This document shows positions 1 to 8,468 of a stretch of 60,283 bases of DNA, in pieces. The notes below the pieces were generated by a model. The model saw nothing but the letters and a program-made list of their open reading frames with translations, was not told the origin of the DNA and searched no databases. A program made the translations under genes and the position numbers. Positions within the stretch are counted from its first letter, which is position 1, and every line of letters begins with the position of its first letter. Origin of the DNA: a virus (taxonomy: Duplodnaviria > Caudoviricetes); IMG/VR virus record IMGVR_UViG_3300017788_000995, positions 1 through 60,283 of that record. One strand, given 5' to 3'.

Positions 1-313
1 TCTTGTAGCCCAAGCGATTCAAAGCACGCTCAAGAATATCAGCAGTCTCAGTAACCGCTTCCTCGCTCAGTTCTGGGCGAACAACATGAAGCACTTCATG
101 CAACAGCGTGTTCACCAAGTTGCGCTTGGTCTGACACCGATACACAAATATAGTGGGGTTCTCTGTGTCAATCAGATCATTCTTTTTCGATGCAGGCGAA
201 GATATTTCATCATTCCCAACAAACCGAACCTTGCAAATCTTTTGACCGATCTTCAGGTCAAAGTTTTTACGGTGTTTTTCTTTTTTTGGATTGTGTCTTG
301 GGCCTGGGGACAC
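1..313 (-). CDS. Small HExxH metallopeptidase-like protein, partial (runs off the window start)
   Basis: Not in the ORF track. Manual translation gives ...KNFDLKIGQKICKVRFV...NTLLHEVLHVVRPELSEEAV..., open to position 1. The GTG start at 313 is tentative. Confidence 0.6.
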   Translation of the reverse strand, partial: MSPGPRHNPKKEKHRKNFDLKIGQKICKVRFVGNDEISSPASKKNDLIDTENPTIFVYRCQTKRNLVNTLLHEVLHVVRPELSEEAVTETADILERALNRLGYK

Positions 314-1205
314 TCCGCGCTTGTTCGAGTTTCTTGAAGCCATTTTTCTCCTTGATCTTTGCGATGAGTTCTTTGGTGAACTCACTCTGCACATTGGCTG
401 CAATTCCTTTCTCTCCAAAGATACGCTCACGCTCGTCTTCCGTTATGGTTTCCTTCAGAATCTCAATCATCTCTATGATCTCACGCATGGCAGTTGCATT
501 TCGGTTGGACTGATACATTCCCCACAACAGAATACCCACGCCGGTTAGTACCATACCTCCAAGCAGAACTCCACCAACCAATGCAACCTCTTTCAAGTAA
601 TACTGACTGGCACTAGCGAATGCAAGCATGAGTCCACCAGTAAACATTGCAAGCAGTCCAATGCGTTTGTTTGCAAAGAATGCAAACGCTATTCCTCCCG
701 CAATCAGTATGAATCCAATCACCCAAAACAGAGTGATGTATCCATACAGTTTCTGCATGGCTGCTGCGCGACCTTCTTTCTCAATGTTTTCTAGTTCAAT
801 GACTCGCGCTTCAAGGTCTTGAATGCGCGTAGAGACAATCTCCATTTTGGTTGTCTCTGCTTCGATTCGTCCGCTTGCTTCAATCACCTGATCGCTGTGA
901 TTCTTGATCTCAGCAATGGAGTTGGTGGCAACATCAAGGTCTTCCTTGGCCTTGGGACTTGTTGCAGGATCGGAGTAGGCTTTGTCGATATGCTTGTCTG
1001 CTTGCGCTGCTTCTTTCTTGATGATTTGCGCGTCTTCAATGATGCCAGTGACATCTCTTTTAATGTCTTTCGCCGCATCTGCAAGTTTGGTGACTGCTCC
1101 GCTATCAGTCATAGGTATTTTTTTCTGTGGTGCAGAGCAACCACCAGGCTGAGTTGCTGCAAGACTCATTAGCACTACACCCACAATAGACCATAGTTTA
1201 CTCAT
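267..1205 (-). CDS. Membrane protein with N-terminal signal/lipoprotein-like peptide, coiled coil and about 3 TM helices
   Basis: Hydrophobic N-terminus ending ...QPGGC, a long helical region, then three hydrophobic segments. TACATA box upstream. Confidence 0.65.
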   Translation of the reverse strand: MSKLWSIVGVVLMSLAATQPGGCSAPQKKIPMTDSGAVTKLADAAKDIKRDVTGIIEDAQIIKKEAAQADKHIDKAYSDPATSPKAKEDLDVATNSIAEIKNHSDQVIEASGRIEAETTKMEIVSTRIQDLEARVIELENIEKEGRAAAMQKLYGYITLFWVIGFILIAGGIAFAFFANKRIGLLAMFTGGLMLAFASASQYYLKEVALVGGVLLGGMVLTGVGILLWGMYQSNRNATAMREIIEMIEILKETITEDERERIFGEKGIAANVQSEFTKELIAKIKEKNGFKKLEQARSVPRPKTQSKKRKTP

Positions 1206-1252
1206 ACTGTTTCCTTTCTACGAACCAATCTATGTATGCGTTGCCAGTCAAC

Positions 1253-1660
1253 CTAGCGTTTTTGAGCAGCAGCGCGTGTCGTATCTAGTGCAGCAAAGTC
1301 TTTGCTTTTGGCTTTGGCTCCTCCTGCATACGGCCATGCGTATCCTTCTGTGAGCATGAGGCCATTCACAGATGAAGCAGACGAGTCTGAGTATATCTCC
1401 ACAAGCATACGACCGTACTTGTCATCCTTTGTGGTGCGACCCCACAGTTTTGGCTGACGCTTTAGCCAGTCTTCCAAGAACTGTTTGGCAGCAATACCAT
1501 ACTGCTTCTCTTTCAGATTGGTAGTTCTGCTCTCAGGTGCATCAATGCCGCTGAGTCTGCATCGTGTCCATGTCTGTATGTTGAATCCGATATCAAACAT
1601 GACATCAAGTGTGTCGCCGTCTATGACCTTTGGTATGCCAACAATTTTGTACTCGTACAT
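1253..1660 (-). CDS. Thermonuclease (SNase-fold) family protein
   Basis: VIDGDT, RLSGIDAPE, DKYGRML and GYAW motifs. Confidence 0.9.
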   Translation of the reverse strand: MYEYKIVGIPKVIDGDTLDVMFDIGFNIQTWTRCRLSGIDAPESRTTNLKEKQYGIAAKQFLEDWLKRQPKLWGRTTKDDKYGRMLVEIYSDSSASSVNGLMLTEGYAWPYAGGAKAKSKDFAALDTTRAAAQKR

Positions 1661-1670
1661 GGTGATTACC

Positions 1671-2522
1671 TCATTGTGTTCCTGAAAGTCTGTCTATCGC
1701 TCTTTGCGTTTGTCTTTTTCTAGCCTCGCTCCACTCAAAGTGCTTTCCGTTTTTCCAGTATCCTAGTTTCCAATCGTCTGAAGCATACGCATTGGTAGGT
1801 AACTTGTCGGTTGCAAACACCGTGGCAAGACTAAAATCAACATACGCTAGAATGTACTCATCTTTGTACTTCTTGCTTGCAGCGACGGCCAACCGATCCA
1901 ACTCTGCAAATGACTTCACAGGAGTTTGATCGTGTATCTTCCGCTTGTTGGCTGCTTCCGACAACCAAGACCCGAAGCGTAGCGTGTCACGGCCTTCTTT
2001 CATTTTCTCAGCATAGTGTCCCACATAGCGCAGCACAAACTTCACATCAGGGAACTCGCTCTTCAGAGATTCCATGGCAGCCAAGTTCTCTTTGCTGTCC
2101 TCGAACACTTCGATATAGTCCCATCCACCGCGCTTGATGACATCGGCGATCCACTTGCGCTTCGCCTTTGCTATGCCTGCGGAGGTGTTGCCAGCGAAAC
2201 CAATGGCGTGTACTTCCACATTCACACCAATGGAAGCAAGCCACTCTTTCACAGGTCCTCCCTTGCTTCTGCCTGTGAGAACCACGGCAGGACTTGGTTT
2301 GCCCAACACCTTGCGAATGGCCATCATGGTAGGTTTGATGACTTTGGGATGGATCACCTTGTCGAATGCGCTCGTATCGAAACGCTCGCCGTCTTTCAGT
2401 TTGTAGAACTTGAACTCGTGCGAATTCAAATTGCGTACCACCTCATCGCCGCGCATGACACGCACAGGGCTATCGGTGAGCGCAAGCGTATCGTCAAAGT
2501 CGAAGATGCGAAGTTTCTTCAT
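1671..2522 (-). CDS. HAD-superfamily phosphatase-like protein with an extra C-terminal module
   Basis: IFDFDDTL (motif I), LTGR (motif II), FEDS (motif IV). Internal FGSWLSEA segment precedes a second module. Confidence 0.8.
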   Translation of the reverse strand: MKKLRIFDFDDTLALTDSPVRVMRGDEVVRNLNSHEFKFYKLKDGERFDTSAFDKVIHPKVIKPTMMAIRKVLGKPSPAVVLTGRSKGGPVKEWLASIGVNVEVHAIGFAGNTSAGIAKAKRKWIADVIKRGGWDYIEVFEDSKENLAAMESLKSEFPDVKFVLRYVGHYAEKMKEGRDTLRFGSWLSEAANKRKIHDQTPVKSFAELDRLAVAASKKYKDEYILAYVDFSLATVFATDKLPTNAYASDDWKLGYWKNGKHFEWSEARKRQTQRAIDRLSGTQ

Positions 2523-2538
2523 ATCTCCCTACATCCAT

Positions 2539-4593
2539 TCATCGTCCGACTGTTACCTGTAGGTTTTTCTTGATCTTGAACTTGTCCGTCAGGAAGTCTT
2601 TGATGATAACATCGGGATCTACTCTCCTACGCTCCATCCACAGATCAGCGTATGAAGTTGGTTTGCCTGAGGCATCTGCTGCAAAGATCATTGTTTCGTT
2701 TGCGAGAGAAGAGTACGACACGATGTAGTACTTGCCCTTGTAGCGATACAGAGTTTGGTGTCCTGCTTCACGGACTCGGACGACTGATTCCCCGGCGACT
2801 GATTCCTCTTCTTTGGGGAAGTTCTCTCTCTTGCTCACGGTACTCTTGCCACCAGGACCCACATCTCTGATCTCGTATCCAATCTTTGTTTTGGGATTCA
2901 GCGTGACCTTGGCCATGGCTTCGTCAATCTGCAATACATGATCCGATTCTAGTTCGACATGATCCATGATGCCTGGTGAACGCATTCCTTGTTGCATTCG
3001 CTTGAACTTTTTATCATCATACTGTTTCTGCAACAACTCACGAACACGCTGTTTCTCTTCAGAAGAGAGTCCCCTGCCAGCCTTTGCCTTCTTGATGAGG
3101 TGACCTACCCACTCTGCGCTGTTGAGTGCAATGCCTTTCAGCAACTGAGACATCGCAGTGCCGGGCGCAACTGCTATACCAGCAACAAATGCCAGCAGCA
3201 GTATCTCTTCCAAACCAAACGCTTCATCAATCTGCTCCGCTTCTTCCTTGACCTTGACAGACTTCTTGGGCTTGGAAACTCGGTACAGAGTATCGCCCTC
3301 GCCGTGTTGAACGCTTACCTTTTTGCCACTTGCACGAATAGCATTCAAATCGGCTTTAGTCTTTTTCAGAGACTTCCAATCTTCTCCCATGCTCTCTGCT
3401 TCGCTGTACATACTTCGGAAGAACGCATCGCCTTTTCCCCCGACAAGGCCAGATACGATGTCGAAGATCCCGTTGATCGCTTTGTTCCTGTAGTCGTACT
3501 TCTTGGCATCACTAGACTTCAGCATCTTGATGAAGCCAACGATGTCGTTCCCGACCGAAGCCATGGCGGTGTCCGACTGAAGGCTCTTGGCTGACTTTTC
3601 GATGACCTTCATCGCGCCGGCGCCGCGGTGGTCGCCCCACTCCGTGCGGAGGATCTCTATGTAGTTGTAGATCGTGTCAAGAGCCTTCTTCGACGACGGC
3701 TTCAACTCCTCGTTGACCTCTTCCTTCACTCCCAAATTTCGCTTTGGCGGCGACATTTGGACCAAATTTCGCTTTGCTTCTGCCTTCTCTTTTGCCGTTC
3801 CGTACTTTAACAACAACTCCCATGCTTGCCGCTTGTTCATGCCACCCATCACATTTATCATCACATCGTTCATTTTGACGGTTTTCCTTGCGATGTTTAG
3901 AGAGTGTAGAAGTCCAACATCTTCTGCGCCTTCCTCTACACTCATTGCTTCGCTGTACATACTTTCGACCTCTTCCTTCACTCCCGCGTTTCGCTTTGGC
4001 GGCGACATTTGGACCAAATTTCGCTTTGCTTGTGCCTTCTCTTTTGCCGTTCCGTACTTTAACAACAAATCCCATGCTTGCCACTTGTTCATGCCACCCG
4101 CCCGAATCAATTCGTTCGTTTTGACGGTTTTCCTTGCGATGTTTAGAGAGTGTAGAAGTCCAACATCTTCTGCGCCTTCCTCTTGATATGATTGCTCGTC
4201 CAGTTGCTTGCGGAAGTCGGCGAATCGCTTACCTTCGCGCATTCCCTTCGGAGGAATCTTTCCATCCTTACGCAGCGCATCTAGCAGTTGCTCAGCCACA
4301 TCGTAGGCAACATCCATGATGTCTGAATCTGTGAACAAGAATGCAGTACCATCGCCTTCAATCTCCGCAGTTACATCTTCCACCCAAGGCACAATTTCCA
4401 TTGCTGCGGGGTCAAGCGGTAGTTTGCCTGGTGCATTTGCTCCTTGCTTTACCGCTACGAAAATCTTTGAGTAGTCGGCATTGCTCTGTGCTTTCACTTT
4501 GGCATAGATGTTCTTGAACACCTTGGCTGCTGCACTACGCATTGCGGAAGAGTTTGCTCCATACTTTACTTCGTTGATATCTTTCATGGTCAT
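2539..4593 (-). CDS. Modular probable virion-internal (poly)protein with an internal tandem duplication
   Basis: 684 aa. Short modules separated by Glu-rich (I/L/V)xE-type linkers. One module of about 75 aa is duplicated. Confidence 0.6.
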   Translation of the reverse strand: MTMKDINEVKYGANSSAMRSAAAKVFKNIYAKVKAQSNADYSKIFVAVKQGANAPGKLPLDPAAMEIVPWVEDVTAEIEGDGTAFLFTDSDIMDVAYDVAEQLLDALRKDGKIPPKGMREGKRFADFRKQLDEQSYQEEGAEDVGLLHSLNIARKTVKTNELIRAGGMNKWQAWDLLLKYGTAKEKAQAKRNLVQMSPPKRNAGVKEEVESMYSEAMSVEEGAEDVGLLHSLNIARKTVKMNDVMINVMGGMNKRQAWELLLKYGTAKEKAEAKRNLVQMSPPKRNLGVKEEVNEELKPSSKKALDTIYNYIEILRTEWGDHRGAGAMKVIEKSAKSLQSDTAMASVGNDIVGFIKMLKSSDAKKYDYRNKAINGIFDIVSGLVGGKGDAFFRSMYSEAESMGEDWKSLKKTKADLNAIRASGKKVSVQHGEGDTLYRVSKPKKSVKVKEEAEQIDEAFGLEEILLLAFVAGIAVAPGTAMSQLLKGIALNSAEWVGHLIKKAKAGRGLSSEEKQRVRELLQKQYDDKKFKRMQQGMRSPGIMDHVELESDHVLQIDEAMAKVTLNPKTKIGYEIRDVGPGGKSTVSKRENFPKEEESVAGESVVRVREAGHQTLYRYKGKYYIVSYSSLANETMIFAADASGKPTSYADLWMERRRVDPDVIIKDFLTDKFKIKKNLQVTVGR
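3715..4182. repeat. Near-identical tandem duplication of about 220 bp (copies about 3715-3937 and 3967-4182)
   Basis: Both copies encode EEGAEDVGLLHSLNIARKTVK...GGMNK.QAW.LLLKYGTAKEKA.AKRNLVQMSPPKRN.GVKEEV. Confidence 0.9.
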
Positions 4594-5852
4594 TTTCCTT
4601 TCTTGAGTTTAACGGGTACTGCAACTTTGATTTGGGGGGTCTTGATGCCTGCTTGCTTGATGAGTTCTTGTATCTCTGCAACCAGTTTGGCGCCTTCAAT
4701 TACTTCTTTGGGGATCCATACGGTTGCAGCAATTGGATTGGATTCGATACGAGTCACTTCAAACTCAGAACTAAGTGCAACAACACTGGCAATCTTGTTT
4801 GAGAACAGCGGATTCATCACGCAGTGCTGGTCAGGTGTAATCTGAAACACCACGGGTACTGGAGAATTTGATGACAAGTACGAGTTGATGTTGTCTTCAA
4901 TGCTATACTTGATGCCATGGTTTGCGTATTGCATCTCGTATTTGTAATCTTCTCCGCGCTTGTCTTTGGGAAGGCTCTGTAGTTTCTGCTTATGAACAAT
5001 GTATCGCTTCAGTTCAGCAAGGTCACGCTTTAGAGCAGACAGACTAAACACATAGAATCCTCCCTTCCCTGAGTTCCCTGAGTTCTCACCTGTAGCAAAT
5101 TTTAGTGCAACGCTTGGATTAGAACTCCAACTCTCCACAGGATACAGCGGTTTGTATTTGGTGGCGTGACCGATCATCTGCTTGGTATGAATCTTGACAG
5201 TCTGATCCAGTTTCTTGATATTAACCAGGCTCACTGCATCCTTCAGAGAGATATTTATGCCTCGATACACGGTCTTTACGCCGGGATCAAGTTGTTGTTT
5301 GTAGGCTGCCTTGCAGCGTATCAGTTCTGCGTATGCTGTTTTGACCCTTCCATAGTTACCAGGCGAACTCACATAGTTGGATACCTGATCCCAAATCTGC
5401 GCTTCCTTTGGAGTGTCTATTTCTCGTCCACCAGAACTCTGCACCGCCTGAAACAGTTTGGCTTGGAACATCCTTTTGCACGGGTCTTTTTCGTTTGCCC
5501 ATCCTGCTGCGTATGCTTTGGATTTCGCCTCCAACTCAGCGAAGAGTGGTCCCGCGTTTTCTGTCCATGTTTTGTCCGCATACACCAGTTTCTTGAGGGT
5601 GCTTGACCGTACTTTACCATTTCTGATATCCATATGCAGTCCATACACCATAGCATCGACCCATGTTTTGTTCCAAAGTTTTTCTAGTATCGAGTACTGG
5701 CCAGGAGTTTGCGCATATCGAGCAGCATTGTGTGCTTTTTCAGCCTTCGCATACTTTGCTTTCCATTGCTTGATGGTAAACTCTCCCACTTGCGTGGAGT
5801 CTAGTAGTTGCTTGTCTTTGGCTTCAGAGATGAACGATAGGAACGATTTCAT
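4590..5852 (-). CDS. Putative R-S-E class ADP-ribosyltransferase with a capsid-targeting-like N-terminus
   Basis: TVYRG, ESWSSNPSVALKFA and SEFEV occur in canonical order. N-terminus is MKSFLSFISEA. Confidence 0.65.
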   Translation of the reverse strand: MKSFLSFISEAKDKQLLDSTQVGEFTIKQWKAKYAKAEKAHNAARYAQTPGQYSILEKLWNKTWVDAMVYGLHMDIRNGKVRSSTLKKLVYADKTWTENAGPLFAELEAKSKAYAAGWANEKDPCKRMFQAKLFQAVQSSGGREIDTPKEAQIWDQVSNYVSSPGNYGRVKTAYAELIRCKAAYKQQLDPGVKTVYRGINISLKDAVSLVNIKKLDQTVKIHTKQMIGHATKYKPLYPVESWSSNPSVALKFATGENSGNSGKGGFYVFSLSALKRDLAELKRYIVHKQKLQSLPKDKRGEDYKYEMQYANHGIKYSIEDNINSYLSSNSPVPVVFQITPDQHCVMNPLFSNKIASVVALSSEFEVTRIESNPIAATVWIPKEVIEGAKLVAEIQELIKQAGIKTPQIKVAVPVKLKKGK

Positions 5853-5859
5853 TGGTGTC

Positions 5860-6912
5860 TCAGAATTCTATCTTGTTAGTGAACACAACATCCACATCAA
5901 TGTCAAGAAACTCCATCAGGTTTTCCCATTTGGCTTGCAACCAACCTTTGATGCTGTTCCAAATCTCAGAGATGAAAGCGGTGATCTTGCCCCATATACC
6001 GCTCAGAATACCTTCGGTCAGCACAGGTCCAGCAGAAGCAAACTCTTCTTCCACCTTGCCCATGATGAGAGAAACCACGCTCCAATAGCGATAGTATCCA
6101 GTACTCTTTCCACCCTTTTTCTGGGAGGTGGACTTGAATCGCACCTGTACTCTTGCTTTCTTGGCAACAGAAGCGCAGTATGCTGTGTCGTCAATGTCAT
6201 ACAGTTTCACTTGCTTACCGTCTGCACTCGTAGACAGAATGAACTTGGCGCGAGCAGGTGAGTTGCTTCCGAACTTCACCTCTCCACTCATGGCCTCATG
6301 TACGAAAGCAGCAGAGAATCCTGCATCGTTTGCAAACGCATCGCGCAGAGTATCCATCAATTCCTTGTGCGCTGCTTCGGCGCGATTGATTAGTTTGTCC
6401 TTACCTGCTTTAATCTGAGGACCAATCTGTCCCTTTTTGGAAGCAAGTGTGGAGTCAGCAAGTGCTTTGATTTGCTTCTCTATCCGACTTGCAAGATCGG
6501 CTTTACCGCCCTTTACCTTGTTCGCAGCAGCATAGAAAGTGGCGGCGCTTTCTTCTTTGGCACCAGACATGAGTTGTCCAATACCCATCTTTACGCTGCA
6601 ACGATTCTTGCCGATCACCACATCGGTCTTGGCCGTTTTGGTTGAGGGTGGAACCTTTCCTCCCTCAAAGTGCTGACTCCATGCAGAAGTCACTTCGATG
6701 GCACTATTTCCTAGCCTGGAAGCAACCCCGCTCTTGAATCCATACGACTGAAGTGCTTTCACAATCTCATGCCCGACTGCGATTGGCACAGCAGAAGTTC
6801 CTTTGCAAGTTTTCTTGCCTTCTTGCTTGCAGTTCCAAGCATTCACGATGACCACTTCGTAGTCTTCGCCTTTGTTTTCTGCTTCGGATAGATAAGATTT
6901 AAAACTCTTCAT
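5860..6912 (-). CDS. PD-(D/E)xK nuclease-like protein with a capsid-targeting-like N-terminus
   Basis: GEDYE...KTD-x8-SVK pattern. Start moved to MKSFKSYLSEA at 6912, giving a TAATG overlap with the upstream stop. Confidence 0.55.
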   Translation of the reverse strand: MKSFKSYLSEAENKGEDYEVVIVNAWNCKQEGKKTCKGTSAVPIAVGHEIVKALQSYGFKSGVASRLGNSAIEVTSAWSQHFEGGKVPPSTKTAKTDVVIGKNRCSVKMGIGQLMSGAKEESAATFYAAANKVKGGKADLASRIEKQIKALADSTLASKKGQIGPQIKAGKDKLINRAEAAHKELMDTLRDAFANDAGFSAAFVHEAMSGEVKFGSNSPARAKFILSTSADGKQVKLYDIDDTAYCASVAKKARVQVRFKSTSQKKGGKSTGYYRYWSVVSLIMGKVEEEFASAGPVLTEGILSGIWGKITAFISEIWNSIKGWLQAKWENLMEFLDIDVDVVFTNKIEF

Positions 6913-7202
6913 TAGTCCCTCCACTTGTTGTTGTCTCGACCACGGTTCTTTCCGCGATCCATAACTCTGAGATTGCTTGGACGATTGTCAAGCGCGTCGC
7001 CGTTCTTGTGGTCCACATCTTTACCATCTCCCTTGCTCACCTTACCATCCCCTTCCAGTTTGCGTCTTGCCAGAACTCGTTTCACTTTCTTCTGTCGTGC
7101 TGCAAGTTGCTTGGGTGTAGGATTCTTGCCACCGTACAGTTTCAAGCGTTCTGCACGGTAGTCACGATCTGCTTCTGAGATGAACTGAAAGAATGTTTTC
7201 AT
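6912..7202 (-). CDS. Small HNH endonuclease-like protein with a capsid-targeting-like N-terminus
   Basis: DVDHKNG...DNRPSNLRV...NR motif. N-terminus is MKTFFQFISEA. Confidence 0.8.
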   Translation of the reverse strand: MKTFFQFISEADRDYRAERLKLYGGKNPTPKQLAARQKKVKRVLARRKLEGDGKVSKGDGKDVDHKNGDALDNRPSNLRVMDRGKNRGRDNNKWRD

Positions 7203-7234
7203 CTATTTATGTAGTCTCCGTCATAGATACAACA

Positions 7235-7720
7235 ATGGCAAACTGGACTCAACCAAGACCCTCAGACATCGAACAAGAGTACAGGGTAGAGTACAAGCAC
7301 CACCTTGAACCTGAGTACGGTGACTTCTGGCCCACATTCGAGCATTTCAAGAAAGCACTCAGCAAAGCCAAAGTGGTCACGGTTACGCCCAGCATGGACG
7401 GCAAGATACAGAACCGATCAGGAACCAAATCGTTCAAAGAACTGCTGTCGCTCATCAAAGGGTACGCATCCTATCCCAAGTATCGCAATGAGAAAACTCT
7501 GAAGGCCTTGGAAGATCGCATCAAGAGCGGAGAACCAGTATCCATGCCAATTGTACTGAGATTCCCTTCTGGCGTCATGCGAATCATGGGTGGCAATACT
7601 CGCATGGATATTGGATTCTGGCACGCCAGTTCTGTGAAGGTGCTAGTGGTAGATGTGCCAGAAATTGACGAAGAAATGACATATCTTGGGTTCAAAGAAT
7701 GGGCATCCAAAAATATCTAA
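7235..7720 (+). CDS. Hypothetical protein, possibly ParB/Srx-like
   Basis: MPIVL...RIMGGNTR resembles the ParB-N PI(V)...IxdGxxR motif. ATG at 7235. Confidence 0.55.
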   Translation: MANWTQPRPSDIEQEYRVEYKHHLEPEYGDFWPTFEHFKKALSKAKVVTVTPSMDGKIQNRSGTKSFKELLSLIKGYASYPKYRNEKTLKALEDRIKSGEPVSMPIVLRFPSGVMRIMGGNTRMDIGFWHASSVKVLVVDVPEIDEEMTYLGFKEWASKNI

Positions 7721-7749
7721 CTAAAACTTGTAATGCCAGATAATCTGGC

Positions 7750-7777
7750 TTGATTCCTGTGGTACATAGGGTATACT
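7750..7777 (+). promoter_or_regulatory. Sigma70-like early promoter TTGATT-N16-TATACT
   Basis: Hexamers at 7750-7755 and 7772-7777. AGGAGG RBS precedes ATG 7804. Confidence 0.65.
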
Positions 7778-7803
7778 TACCTAGCAAACCACAGGAGGAT
7801 TCT

Positions 7804-8379
7804 ATGACTACCACCGACCGTAAGGTACAAGAGTTTCTTCAAGTTGTGAAGCGGTGTTGCGACCTCACTAATGTGAAGTTGGTATGGGGGAAGGGCGCGA
7901 GCCTGACCACACTTGGTGAACCAAGAGGAGAACTATCAGGATATTTCACTGCTCCCGCAGGCAGGTCGCCTGGTGTGCTTGCTGTTGCCCGCGGGCGGCC
8001 TCGCAGCAAGTGGCTTGCTGTACTAGCACACGAGTTTGGACACATGAGCCAATGGTTCTTCAGCGATCCTGCATGGAACATCACCACCATGTCAAATGGG
8101 CAAGATGCTCAAGAGATCATGGACAATTGGGTGGACGGCAAACTGGAACTGGATGCAGATGAGATTGCAGACATCTTTAATCGCGTTCGGTTGTGCGAAC
8201 TGGATGCTGATGCCCGTGCCCTGCAATACATCAAGGACTACAAGTTGCCTGTGAACATTGCGGTGTACAAGCGCGAGGTTGCTGATATGGACTATTCGTA
8301 TCGTCTTATGCAACGCACTCGCATATGGAAGCGTACCAAAGTAAAACGGGGTAGACTACCATCACCAATAAAGGCATAG
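7804..8379 (+). CDS. HExxH zinc metallopeptidase-like protein (ImmA/IrrE-like)
   Basis: VLAHEFGH and downstream ELDAD. Strong RBS. Confidence 0.7.
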   Translation: MTTTDRKVQEFLQVVKRCCDLTNVKLVWGKGASLTTLGEPRGELSGYFTAPAGRSPGVLAVARGRPRSKWLAVLAHEFGHMSQWFFSDPAWNITTMSNGQDAQEIMDNWVDGKLELDADEIADIFNRVRLCELDADARALQYIKDYKLPVNIAVYKREVADMDYSYRLMQRTRIWKRTKVKRGRLPSPIKA

Positions 8380-8439
8380 CATGAGCAACATATATGACTG
8401 GATCGTTCAAAATTTGAACCGCGATGGAGTGGTTGCAGA

Positions 8440-8468
8440 GCGCCCCATGTAAGGGGCGTTTCTGTTTT
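8440..8468 (+). terminator. Intrinsic terminator
   Basis: GCGCCCC-ATGTAA-GGGGCGT followed by TTCTGTTTT, between convergent genes. Confidence 0.7.

Noticed and set aside
3715-4182. CRISPR-like or DGR template/variable repeat
   Set aside because: Only two long in-frame copies, no spacers, no adenine-specific mismatch pattern noticed, and no reverse transcriptase in the window.
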